Source of the DNA: Phaeosaccion multiseriatum
Lineage: Eukaryota > Protista > Ochrophyta, other classes
Length of the DNA stretch: 64,000 bases
Assembly (NCBI GenBank): GCA_965112735.1
Contig: OZ218962.1
Coordinates: 1,054,001-1,118,000, forward strand
Reading direction: 5' to 3'
The notes beneath the pieces are model-generated. The model was not told where the DNA came from. It did no database searches and saw only the letters and a program-made list of their open reading frames with translations. Shown here one piece after another: positions 1 through 13,138 of this stretch; position 1 is the stretch's first letter, and the number at the start of each line of letters is the position of its first letter. The position numbers and the translations under genes were made by a program.

Positions 1-3000
1 GAAGGCAAGAGGCAGCATTGTGAACGCTTTCGCCCTTCGTGACGATACGAGCGTTGGTAAGCATCAGTCCCTCGACCCAGCAGCTGGCAGCTCCGTAGAG
101 GTGGCAGTGAGGGCCGTTGGGCTGAACTTCCGGGACGTGCTGAATGTGCTGGATATGTACCCTGGAGATCCTGGAGATCCTTGCTCCGAGTTTGCCGGGG
201 AGGTGGTCAGTGTGGGAGCAAGCTCGCGCTTCCGTGTCGGTGATGCAGTGTTTGGCTTTGCGGACGGAGGATGCTTGCGCAGTCATATGACGACGAGTGA
301 TGTGTGTCTGGCCGTGATGCCGGCTGTGCTGAGCTTCGAGCAGGCCGCTGCACTTCCCACCGTGTTCCTCACCGTGAGGAAGGCCCTTGAGGGCCTCAAG
401 GCTGGAGAGAAGGTACTGATTCACGCCGCGTCTGACGGTGTGGGCCTTGCCGCCGTCCAGTATGCTCAGCGGATCGGCGCAGAGGTGTACGCCACTGCTG
501 GTGCTGCTGTGAAGCATGACTTCCTCCGGAGCTTGGGAGTTGAGCACATTGCGTCTTCAAGAGACGCAGAGGCGTTCAAGCAGTCCATGGGGGAGATGAA
601 GGTGGATGTGGTGCTCAACTCTCTGAGTGAAGACTACATTCCCTTCTCGCTGGCCATGCTAAGCCAGGGTGGTACATTCGTCGAGATTGGCAAGCGAGGC
701 GTGTGGAATCACGACGAGATGCGCACCGCCCGGCCCGATGTGAGGTACGAGCTGCTGGCACTGGACAGCATGATTGAGTCTGACTTGTCGGCGGGTGAGC
801 CGGGCTGGATAAGCGACGAGCTGCAGCATCTGGCTGAGGACTGCATGTCTGGCAATGTGAAGCCCTTACCAACCATACCCTTTGACATGAGGGAGGATAC
901 TCAGAAGGCCATGGTACTCATGCACCAAGCGAAGCACATCGGCAAGGTGGTGCTGACCAACCCCTTGTATGGTGTACCAGTGGTGTCCGATGGCACGTAC
1001 GTCATCAGCGGCGGTCTGGGGGCTCTCGGCCTCGTGACTGCTCAGCACCTCGCGTCGAGGGGCGCTCGTCACCTTGTGCTGCTGTCGAGGAGTGGGAAGG
1101 TCGCCGAGAGCATGACAGAACAGTGGCAGCAGCTTCAGAACAAGGTGGAGCTGATCCATACTCCTACTTGTGATGTTGCTGATGCTGAGGCACTTCGGAC
1201 TTGCCTGGGGGGCGTGCTGCCCCTGCTGCCCCCTGTGCGCGGCGTGGTGCATGCTGCCGGGGTGTTGGATGATAAGCTGATGGGAGAGCAGACGGCGGAG
1301 AGCGTGACGAACGTCTTCCGACCGAAGGTGCAGGGAGCGGTCAACTTGCACGAGCTTTCTTTGAGTTGGTCGAGGGAGGAGGATCACGCCTCAAGCCTGG
1401 ATTTCTGTGTGCTTCACATCCATGGCTGGAGTACTGGGCAACGCTGGACAGGCCAACTACGCTGCGGCGAACGCGGCTGTGGATGGTTTGATGCGGCACA
1501 GGCGACACCTCGGCCTCGCAGGGATGTCATTGCAGTGGGGACCGTGGGCTGACGTTGGTATGGCCGCCCAGCTCGACAGTGCGGTCCAAAAGCAGTTTGA
1601 GCTTGCGGGAGTGGGCACGGTGTCAGCTGAGCTGGGTATGGCTGCCTTAGATGCCGCTGTGATGTCGTCAGCGTCTTCAGCGTCTTTGGGTGATGTGTCC
1701 ATCCTGCCTGGGATGGACTGGGCCATGTATGGGAAGGCCACGAGAGGTGGGCGTGTTCACATGCTCGAAGGGCTTTTGGGCGATGTAAAGGGGGATCTGA
1801 AAGCAGGAGAAGGAAATTCGGAGCTACATGAGGAGTTGTTGGACCTGCCACCGGTGGCGCGCCAGGCGATGGTCGTGAACAAGGTGAAGCAGGTTGTGGC
1901 GCACTGCATTGGAGACGAAGGTGGTCTGATTCATGATTCCACGCTCCTCATGGAGGCCGGTGTGGACTCGTTGGCTTCGGTGGAGATTGTCAACCGACTC
2001 TCCGCGTGGGTCGGCTTTAGTCTACCGCCTTCGATTTTGATCGAATACCCGACACCGGCAGATATCGCGCGGCATATACTGGGGCTTCTACTTCCGTTAA
2101 AAGTCAATGGAGGTGTGGGCGTGGTGGTCAAAGCAGACACCAGCGACGCCGCTGCTGTGCGGGAGGACGAGAGGAGAGAGGGCTACCGTGCTCTGGACGC
2201 CAGGGATGCTGACGAGAGAGAAGATGGTGACCGTGCTCTGGACGGCAAGGATGCTGACTACGTTGGCTCGTCCTCTTCCGACATTGTCAGCTTCTGCATG
2301 GGCATCGTGGCGATGGTTTACAGCTCGCTGCTGGTCGCCGCGTCTGCGCTGCCCGGTGTCATCGTCCTTGACTCGATTGTGCTAGACAAGTGGGGCAGGT
2401 GGATTGCGTTGGCCTGTGTACCTCTCGCTTTCCTTTCGTGGGCTATTCTGCTGATGGCAGTGGTGACGCTGACAAAGTGGGTGGTCATCGGCAGGTACCG
2501 GGTGGGGTCTTATCCCATCAATAGCGGGTACTACTTCCGCTGGCTCTTTGTGGATCGCGTGACGGACTTTGCGTTGCAGCGACTGCCGCTGCATGGGAGT
2601 GTGGTGTGGACATGGTGGCTTCGCGCACTCGGAGCAAAGATTGGGCATGGGTGTCGCCTGCATTCGGTGTCGGTATCGGAGTTCGACTTGGTGCACTTGG
2701 GGCGGCAGTCCACTGTGGAGGAGTTTTGTCGGGTTCGGCCTGCGATGATAGAGGACCGCCATCTCCTTCTCCGAAAAATCACGGTTGGCGCAGATTGCGT
2801 GTTGGGGGCATCGTCTCAGGTGTTTGGAGGCACAACCATGGGAGAACTGGTGCGCTTGCGACCGTCAACGGTGGTCAGCGGGCGGTGTGGGCTCCTTGCC
2901 CCTTGCACAGAGTGGGGCGGCTCTCCGGCCAAGCAGTGCGACGACAATGCTGATAGAATGGGGAGCGGCTCCCTGCGGCCCAGTGTGAATGATCCTGCAG

Positions 3001-6000
3001 CTACGACCGTGAAAGACGTCTTGAGAACCGCGATTGGCTTCGCGCTGGCGGCAGTTTGCATGGTGGTCGCGAGTATACCCGCGTACTTTGTCTGGGGAGA
3101 GATGAGTAAAGCGTGGGGACTTTTCACATACGTGCCTCAGCTTGGACGCTACGTGCCGGACTATCGCTCCCTCGACGTGGGCTACCTCGTGGCTGCATGT
3201 GTCGCCACCTTCGATCTGGCGCTGGTGCCGCTGCTTCCCATCGCCCTTGGTTTGGTGGACACTCTTGCGCCGCTGAAGGAGCTGACGACGGAGCAGTATC
3301 TGGCGAAGCCGATGCTGATTCTGGCCTTGTCCTATTCAGTTGCGGGCATCTGCATGACCGTCATGAGTGTCGCTCTGAAGCGATGCTTGGGAGCTCTTAC
3401 TGCCGTCAGCAGCCGCAACAGCAGCGGCAGCAGTGGCCGCAACGTCACCGGGCAAGAGCTCCATGCTGTCGACGTGATGATGCGACTGGTGTACCCCCGG
3501 TACATGGTTCTGCACTCAGGAGGGCCTGGCATGGTCCTCTGGCTTCGTTCTCTGGGCGCTCGCGTCGCCTGGACTGCCAAAGTGGGCGCTCCTTCCCCTG
3601 TGCTGGACCCTTCTTTGCTAGATCTGGGGTCTCACTCTGTGGCGTCGGGGAGCTTCGCCACTCGGGCGCAAGGATACGCAGGGACAGTCAAAATTGGAGC
3701 TTGCGCGGTGACAGCAGCAGGCGCCTGTCTGTGTGCGGGGTCGGAGCTTTGCGATACTTCTTTGGTCGGCCCATTGACGTGTGCTTCGTCATCGACGTCC
3801 TTGGATCCGAAGGTGCGACAGAGAACTCTTCGCAGTGGCGACCTAGTGGCACGAGTCAAGTTCCACAAGCGGCATGATGAGGAGCCTCGGGCGGGTGGGG
3901 GACTCGCGTGGTGGGCTGGTGCTGGAACCATGTTGTACTCGATCGTGGGCCCTGTTGCCATTCTTCTGCTTCAATTCACGAGTGTGTACGCGAGCACCCT
4001 GTTGGCCCAGTGGCTTGTGACTGCGGTGGGTAGGTGGCTGGCTCTGGTCACGTCGCCTGTAATTCTCTTGTCACTCAGCATGGCCCTGATGGTGTGGGCT
4101 GTGTTGCTCAAGTGGGGCGTCGTTGGCCGAGCTCGCGCAGGTTGCTACGCTGCCGTCGGGGGCGTGACGTTCCACAGAGACTTGTTCAGCACTACCTTCA
4201 CGCAGGTAGCCAGACAGAGTGGTGTCAACGGCCTCGCTGGCACTGCAGCGCACTCCTTGTGGTTACGAGCCATGGGAGCTGAAGTGGGCAAAGATGCGGT
4301 GGTGCTTGCAACGGATGGCCTGTCCAGCTTCGATTTGGTGCACTTGGGGGCAGGAAGCGTTGTGGATAGGGACTGCGTGGTCGATGCCCGACGAGTCGTG
4401 CATGTGGAAGGAGGGAGGGGGCCTCCAGCTCACAGCGAGGAAAGCACCACCTGTTGTATTTTATTTGAGAAGGTTCAGGTTGGCCGAAGGGTGACGGTAG
4501 GGGCAGGATCCATTGTTGCTGCCTCGGCGTCTCTTCCCCGTGATTGCGGCGTGTCTCCGGGAACTTTTATTGGTCCTGGGCTGCAGCCGACAGACGATGT
4601 GCTGCTGGAAGGGGTGCCCGCGGTGCGTATGTCGCGCAGAGCCAGCAGTCGCAACGGTGCTGGCGGAGAGTTCGAGGCAGATGTTGTGGGTAAGAGAGAA
4701 GCTCCGGATCTGTGGGCGGACGCGTATCTGCCGAGCGAAATCGCCGCCACGATACGGGAAATGGCGGGGCAGGCATCCGCAGGAGGTGTCAGGTTGAGCA
4801 CACCAGTAGCAGAGGCCATCCTGCTCACAGGCGTGACAGGATTCGTAGGGCGTTATTTGCTGGTGGACTTGCTGCAGGCTCACCCTCAGTCGACTGTGCA
4901 CTGCATTGTCCGCGCTTCGGACGATAAGGACGCCATGCAGCGCACTCTGTTCGGCTTGAAAGAAGCCAACCTCACTCTGCGCGAGTCGGAAAGAGCAAGG
5001 CTGATGGTCTACCAGGGAAATGTCACTTCTCCATCTCTCGGGCTTTGTAAAGAGGTGTATCAGCGCCTGGCCAGCACAGTAACTGTCGTTTACCACTCGG
5101 CCGCTCTCATCAGCTACTCCAAGAGCTATGCACAGCTGTTCGCGCCCAACGTGCTGGGGACTCTTCATGTGCTCAGCTTCGCTGCTACCAACTCTTTGAA
5201 GACGCTGCACATGGTTTCCTCAATAGTTGTTCTCACTCCGGACATGGCCAATGAGGACGGGAGGATGGCAGCCGACGCGCCCTTGGGAGACATGACTGCA
5301 GCTCCTGCCTCGGGGTGCGCGCTTGGCAAGCAGCTTGGGTACTCCCAAAGCAAGGTACGATCAAAGGCAGTACTGCCATACTCTTGCTCGTCCGTCTACC
5401 CTCATATCATGTTATGCTCACCTTCTCGCTGTTTGTCTCGTTTCCCCCCAAAACCCCGCAGTGGGTAGCAGAGAAGCTCGTCACGCAGGCAGCGCAGGAG
5501 GGCCTGGCCGTCAATGTGTACAGAGTCCCACTCGTCGCAGGGCACACCTCCACAGGATTTGCCCCCACGCGCGGTGACGTGTTCACGTCCATGATTGGGC
5601 AGGCGAGCAAGCACGGGGAGGTTGTGGCGCACGCCATGAACGCCACTCCGGTTGACTTGGTGTCGCAGGTCATAGTCCGGCTCAGTGCACGGCCGGGAGT
5701 GGCAAGTGCGGGAGTTGGCAGACGCAGCAGCGATACATCAACAGCACCGACGGTGTACAACGCTGCGTGTGAGGCCTTTACCATTGCACCAGAGACGCTC
5801 CAACTGGCAGTCGAGAGTGCCGGTGGCACACGGCCTCGAATCCTCTCTACAGAAGACTTTCTCGCCTCGAGGAAAATGCTTCCCGCGTTGAGCTACTTCC
5901 TGCGGCCCTTCTTTGACGACATGCCACCGCTACACGACGTCTACACGCCGAGCCCGCTGGCTGAGAGGTGCTTCAAGCAGATTCTGAATGCGCAAGAAGC

Positions 6001-6079
6001 CAGGCACAGCAACTCTAGCTGGAACGGATTGACTCTCGTCTTGACCATGATGAGAGCTCAGCAGGCCCTTCATCAATGA
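1..6079 (+). CDS. Type I polyketide synthase, 3' part: ER-KR-ACP + Pls-like (NRPS terminal, TM/beta-helix x3) domain + thioester reductase; 5'-truncated, frameshift at ~1406-1411, one intron 5355-5461
   Basis: ER: GLNFRDVL, LIHAASDGVGLAA, HIGKVVL. KR: ISGGLGALG, HAAGVLDD (B-type), GQANYAAAN. ACP: GVDSL. Three hydrophobic repeats with WLR(A/S)(L/M)GA; the first and third end in GxPA. R domain: LLTGVTGFVG and GYSQSK|WVAEK, joined by a GT-AG intron. Confidence 0.9.
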
Positions 6080-7219
6080 ATAATTACTGTTCCTTTTCTC
6101 TTGGTCTCTGCGAGCATCATCGTTGTCGCTCCTCCGGCCCCGCTCGCCCGCCCCGGCGGTGGAAGCAAGCTCTCGCCGTTTCGCCGCCGGCCACGTCCCC
6201 GAGCGGCAAAGTCCGCCCCTGCCCCACTCACAGCAGCAGCCAGTAGCTAGTACTCGACGGCTTGGTGGGAGGAATTACAACCCTCCGCAACACTTGTGGT
6301 GATGGGCGGGTCCGTGTGTCTGTCCGTGGGGCGGTCCGTGGGGGTGGTCCATGTGTCCCGTTCCGAGCACCTCCTATAGGGCCAGCCTGTAGCCAGGAGA
6401 TATTACTCTTAGGGCCAGAACAACTTAATTCGTGAGCTGCTATTGGGCGAGGCCAGCACCTGGCTTCTGGCTTCTGGCTCTTGGCTCTTGGCCGCAGGCC
6501 AGCCCTGGCTTTTGGCCTCTGGAAGCGCCCCAGTCCTGCCTGGAGCCGAAGAGTAGCTTCGGTGCTACCCACGATCCCAACGCCTGTATTGCCCTCCCTC
6601 TCCCATGTAAAGGGATTGACAGTGCCTTTCCGTGCATGGACCTTCCGCAGTAGTCACGGAACGCAATAAGACGTTCCGTGAATTACAAGACCTTCCCTAA
6701 TGAGGAAATGGAGAAAATATTTATTCAAAACTAAAAAAAACGAAAGAGTACCCTGCTGATTCACACACGGCCACCATCACAGCGCACACACCATCCACTG
6801 CCACTGCCACGGTCGCCCCCCCCCCCCTCATCCCCTCCTCCTCCTCCTCCTCCTCCTCCTCCTCCTCCTCCTCCTCCTCCTCCTCCTCCTCCTCTCCTGT
6901 CCCTCCTACCACGAGTAGTACAATAACATGTCTCCCTCCACTTTTGCTATGCGATCCAACACAGACAGTCTTGCCTGCACTCCGCCTCGAAAGGAGATAT
7001 TCAAGCACATCCTCCTCTCAAGAGACTTTCCATGACACGTTCTGCTCCAGCACGGCAGGACACTCCTTCTTACTGTGTACACGCTAGTCGGTCGGCAGGC
7101 GCGGAGTTGACGCTGTGCTGTGGCGTCCTTCTAGAGGACCTCTCCCCTCGACTACTCGCTCTACTCCCCTCCCCTCCCCTCCTCTTCCCTTTCCCTCCCC
7201 TTCCCTCCTCTCGCCTTCC

Positions 7220-10054
7220 CTACCCCCGCCCTTCCGTGCCTTCCAACTCAAAGAACACCTCATTGCCAAGGCCCAGGATCTTTGGTCGGAACTCCCACAC
7301 TGCGATGCAAAAGTTCCCCAGCAGGTTCCAGCCCCCATGAGAGTCCATCTGCCGGTAGCCGAATCGGGGCCTTCCTCCCTGTCCAAGTAAAGAGGGTCAT
7401 TGGGGGAGGCGGGTAGCGAGGCACAGAGAGGGGAGGGCAAGGGTGGGTGGGAAGAGAGGGGGTGCATCGACCGGAGAAGGAGTCGGGAAGAAGGGAGGGA
7501 GGGAGGGAGGGAGGGAGGGAGGGAGGGAGGGAGAGAGGGAGGGGGGGAGGGAGGGACGGAGGGAGGGAGAAGAGGGCTCGTTGGGTGCTGAGGAACAGAC
7601 GGGAAAGCGAAAGGACATGGGCACATACATACTTGCGCAAAGCATCATGCGCAGATGCGATGAGGGAGGAAAAGGCCTCTAGAGTATATGAATGTCCACA
7701 TGCTCTTCCTTTTTTATTGGAAGCTGCAGAGATTTTGATTTTATGTTTTGCTATCACCGGCCAAGCGCTTCCCTTTGCAAGTAGGTAAGACATTCATTGA
7801 AAGGGGTTAGGCAAGACACTGATACGAGAAGGAACATGCCTCTATCACACACACTCACACTCACACACACACACACACACACACTCACACACACACGTAA
7901 CGTACCTCTGTGCTGGCGACGCGATAGCCGTCCTTGAGCACTGACTCGTAGAGCTGCTTGCGGATGGGAGTGGCCTCCACGTCCTGCAATCGCACAAATG
8001 TAACCGTAATGTAACCGTCATCAATCGGAGCCAAGGAGAGAGAGGGTGGAGGGGTCGGAGGGGGTAGCGGGTCAAGCGTGAGGGGTGGACGGCGTGGGAG
8101 GTTTAGTTCTGTCCAGGCCATTCCAGTTTGACGGGGCCTGAACCAGCAACGATCCAATCTCCACGATCCGATGTCGACATGCCGATTCTCAATATCGACC
8201 CCCGAAGAAACGGAACAAACCTCACATTGTCACCATCCCCATCATGCTTCGGTCTTGTCTGTGAGGACCCCGAACCCCCAACCCGAATACAAGATAAGGT
8301 GTGATAAGATAAGATAAGATAAGATGGCATCATACCTGCGGGTGCCCATTAAACTTGGCCACTGCCACTGTGCGGTAGCCCTGCTCGGTCAGGGTCAACT
8401 CATCCCCCTCATCTTTGAACAGATCCTTGTTCTTGGCGTTGACGAGGGGCGGCAGCAGGTCCGCCTTCAATCCGAACATGGTCGGCACCAGCACCGACCA
8501 GGTGATCTTGTTCACCTATAGATACATCGTTTGCATGCATCAAGGGAGAGGAGGGCGGGCGGGAGGGGGGTGGAGACAGCACAACGCCGTGTCAGAAACA
8601 CATGAAATGCATGAGGCGGCACTGTACTACAGCCCAAGCTCTTTGTTTGTATTTCGTTATTATTTTCGGGTGCATTTTCTGCGCCGTTTCGCTTGGTGTC
8701 GACGCAAAGCATGGTGGTATGCTACTTCTACATCCACACCCAGCCACGCACCCATCCCATTCACTCACTCACTCACTCTCTCACTCACTGACCCACAAAC
8801 TCATGCAACTCACACACTTACACACTCACTCACTCACCCACCCACCCACTCACTCACTCACTCACTCACTCACCCATCCCACTCACTCACCTGTTTGCGG
8901 ATGACCCCCTCGGGCACAAGGTCCTTGTCCGTGAGGCCCGCGTCCTTCTCCTCCTTGGCCTGCAGGGCGCTGATCAGAGGCTTTCCTCTCACCGGCTTGC
9001 GCTCCAGAATGTCATTCTCCTCCAGAAAGGGCTCAATCTCGACCTCGATACCCGTGGTGCTCATCCACAAGTCGGGCTTCTTGCCTCGGGTGGTAAGGTC
9101 TTTGCCAAACACAAAGTGAGGGAAGAACCGCGCCATGGCTCGCTCTCGGTCATTGGTGCGGTCTACAATACTTGCCTGGAGAATGAGTCGGGGAGGGTAA
9201 CGCCGCACTTCGTAACCGCTGCCTTTCCTCACTACATCGTACGGAATCTTCTCCGCAATTGGGGAACAGAACTGATGCCAAACGTCCCAAAAGCCAAAGG
9301 CGGTGTGGTGTACGATGTTGGCCAGTAGATTGGACTCCCATGCGTCGGTAATGGCCGTGATCTTGCCGTCTTGGACGTCAATGTTGCTCGTGCCGCGAAC
9401 GATGAGGCGGGGTCGCCAAGGCAAGGGCCACGTGCCACTGGCCATCCAATCCACCTTGAGCCCATTGCCGGGGGTCGGCAGTCTTCCCTCACTGCCTTGG
9501 GCACTGGTGTCTTGCGGCAAGATTGTGAGTCGCGGGTCTTCGAAGAAGGCTCCCAAGCCGTCCAGCTCGGTGGCCACGGCGTCTCTGCTGCCGCTGTCCG
9601 AGAGGGGGCCCTTCCATGTGCACTGAGGGGCCATGACCTGCTCCAGCACAGATATATCGCCCCTCAGGGCCTTGTTCACGCCCAGTTCCAGGGCGTCGGC
9701 CAGTGACAGGTCCTTGCCCTCCCCCGACTCCCCTGCTGCAAGTGCAGGTGTCTCCTCCTGCTCCTCCTCCGTCGCCACTCCTGCGGCGGTTGATGCAACT
9801 ACGGCGTCGGAGGGCGAGCTGCTCGTAGTCATCCTCGACAACAACACCCCGCCCCTGCCTCGCACATAGCCCCTTCTTCTATTCACACCCGCGCTGCTGC
9901 TCGTGCTGCTGCTGCTGCTGCTGCTGCTATCTGTATGATGGGCCGTTCGGGTGCCGGTGTTGAATGCACTGTTCCCCAAGCTGCTCTGTCCTATCTGAAA
10001 CCCATCCACACGTGCCTGCAGCGCCAAGACCAGACCGCAGATGATCCCCAACAT
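7220..10054 (-). CDS. DUF2358 (NTF2/SnoaL-like) + SOUL heme-binding protein, probably plastid-targeted; 4 exons
   Basis: Exons 10054-8891, 8515-8336, 7983-7906 and 7378-7220 splice in frame with GT-AG. Motifs WPLPWRPRL...GKITAITDAW, YDVV...YEVRRYP, VAVAKFNG, NEVFFEL. N-terminus MLGIICGLVLALQARVDG-F. Alternative start at 10189. Confidence 0.75.
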
Positions 10055-10520
10055 TCCTTCTCTCCGCCGCCGACGTCGCAGCAGCTGTGGCTGCTGCTGC
10101 TGCTGCTGCTGCTGCTTCTGCTGCTGCCCCAAGGAGTGGAGTGGAGTACATCTCCTACACGCCCCGCCATCTCGCAAGGAAAAGAGCATCCTTCCCTCCT
10201 TCCTCGGCCTTCTGTGGCCAAGCAAGGTATGGAGAGGACCAAGCACTGAAGAGAGAGAGGAGGAGGGGGAAGGGATCGATTTGGTCGGCTCAGGTGCAAG
10301 TGCATCCACTGCCATCGATTACGTAACTTACGGGCCAAACCCCACAGTTTCGTTCGGCGACTTTACTGTCTATCACTCTGCTAGCACCATACTTCCAGCA
10401 GAATCTAATGAAGATTCAATGCTAAGGTGTGCACCGTGTGTTCATCTTGAGCTCGCCGGCAGAGAAGGGCCCTAGCAGACGGGCCAATCGACTACAGAGG
10501 GGAGTCGAGAGGCAAATATA

Positions 10521-13059
10521 ATGAGTGCCATTCAGGACCCCGCCGTGAATAGCCGTGAGTGTCCGAGTCACAGCACATCAGCCCCTTAACACTGCGTCTG
10601 CCTCCAGTCCCCTCCCTGACGCTCTTGTGCTTCACATCCTCTCTGCCTTGACTCGTGGTGTCCTTCCGGTCGGCCTTCTGTGTATCGTTCGGTGATCAGA
10701 CGAGGTGGAGGCGTACGCTGTTTTCCTGAACCGCAGTCTCCACCAAGACCCACTTTGTGATGAGATACTGCCCCTCGATCCGAAGGACGTCGGTGAGGGG
10801 GAAGAAACATGGGAGGACCAATAGAAGGAGAGAAAAGGGGGGAAAGGGAGAGGGACTGGGAGAGGGAGCCACAGTGCAGTCCAGAGCCCTCAGTGGAGCT
10901 ATGTGAGCTCAATATTTCTTCTTCTGCTCTGTTGTCATAGGCAGGCAGCCCTTTCTTCTCTCACACAGCAGCTACCCGTTGCGACTAGGTACTCCACCAC
11001 GTGGAGATGATTCATCCCCTTTGTTCGCCTCCCGCCCCACAGACGCCTTCTTTGAGGCCTTCAAAGACGGCCTTCTTCTCACTGCGCTCGTGAACCTCGC
11101 AATACCCGACACCGTGCCCAGCCAGCAGACCCAGGGGTGCGTTCATAAAGAATACGCTCATCCTTTTGCCAGTTGATCAGTTGGTCACGTACCTCGCCGC
11201 TGATAAATCGTTCCTCTCCCAGCAGGTACGAATCCCACAAGGGCAGGAGGAGGAACAGCGCCGTCGCCTACGACACGGTCATCAGAGTCATCAACGGCTT
11301 GCGGAAGGTGGGTGGCGGCGTGGGGGCGTGCGTGCGTGTGTGTATGCCAATGGGCCGAGATGCCCAGAGTCTCGTGGTCATCTCTCTCTGTATGTGTGTG
11401 AGAGAGAGAGGTGTACTGTCTCAGCCACCCACTTTCGCCTCCTCTTGATGCGTTCAGCAGAGTGACAAGATCCAGCTGCCCCACTTCGACGCGGCGGACG
11501 TGGTCAATGGCGTTACAAAAACTGTCCTGCCTCTGGTGTGGCAGCTCATCAGGGTATCTCTGCTCTCGCTAGGTATGTCAGCTAGAGAGTGAGTATCAGG
11601 ACAGCGAGTGTGGGTGAAGGACTGTAGCCTCGTGTCAGAACAAGTAGCGAAGAGGCAGGCGGAAGCTCTTATCCCGCAGGACCAGAAACCCATCACCGGT
11701 GGGACTCTTGACACAGTACACTCGTCCTACTTGTACGCGAATCCTCACCCCACCATGACACGTCCATCCCCTACTTCGCCTTCCTCCCGCACTGCCTCCT
11801 TGTCCCGCCACACCACTTGTGCCGCACTCCCCGTCCTTCCCCTCCCTCCTCTCTTCGTCTACACAAAAACACCCCCACACCACATCAAAACACACCACGC
11901 AACACCCAACACTGCCGCTCGTGCGTTGACGTACCTTATCTACCTCTGTTGACCTACCTATCTACCTCTGTTGACCTACCTATCTACCTCTGTTGACCTA
12001 CCTACCTACCGATGTTGACCTACCTACCTACCCCTGTTCACCTACCTATCTACCCCTGTTGACCTACCCATCTACCTCTGTTGACCTATCTACCTCTGTT
12101 GACCTACCTGTCTACCTCTGTCCTCCAGTGAACCTCACGCTGCACCCCGAATTGATGCAAATGGTCGAAGACGACGAGCTTATCGCGCCCTTCTACTCAA
12201 AGCCACCGGTGCGTCACAAACGCGTGTGTCATGGGGTGTAAGATTCCAGTCAGTGTGGAGTGGTACTCGCATGCATGTGACAGGGCACAGTGTGGTACTC
12301 CGGTGTGGTGTGGTGTGGTGTGGTGTGGTGTGGGTTTAGTGTACGTGTCGTGCTGCTGGTGTGCGTCGCAAGTCTCTTTACCTGTGTTGGAAGCTTGCCT
12401 GACTGAATGTGGACGCTTTTGGTATGTTTCGCTCTTTGCCTGGAGCTACTGGTTGTCGTCTCTACGCCTACTGACGGATTCTGCCTCTCGTGCATGCATG
12501 TATCCTTCCTCTCTCCCCCGTCCGTCCTTCCTTCCCTCCGTCCTTCCCTCCTTCCTTCCTTCCTTCCCTCCTTCCCTCCTTCCCTCCTTCCCTCCTTCCG
12601 TCCTTCCATCCCCCCGTCCTTCTCTCCCTCCTTGCTACAGGAGGACATGCTGATGCGCTGGGTCAACTATCACATGATAGAAGCAGGCTCCTCTCTGCGG
12701 ATCACCAACTTCGGAAAGGACTTACAGAACTGCGATGTGTATGAGGTAGGATACAACCGGAGGGTGACTTATGATGCTATGCTTGCTTCCATATTCTTCC
12801 ACATGCGTATGTACTTTGCTCCAGACGGACAGTCTATGTTCCCCCAAGACCAGGCAGAGATTCAACGGTGGCCCGTGTCGTGAGATGAGTGAGGGATGAC
12901 CGTTTCGACAGTTACAGCAGCTCCGGCACCACAGTTTTCTCCACCAGTTGTTGCGTTCTGCATCATGTTGCTCTGATCGCCCGCTTCAGCTTTGCCCTCT
13001 CTGCCCTCCTCCTTTTTGAGTTGGCTGTGAGAGGGAGCACTGAGCCCGCTAAGCACACT

Positions 13060-13138
<79 letters not shown>

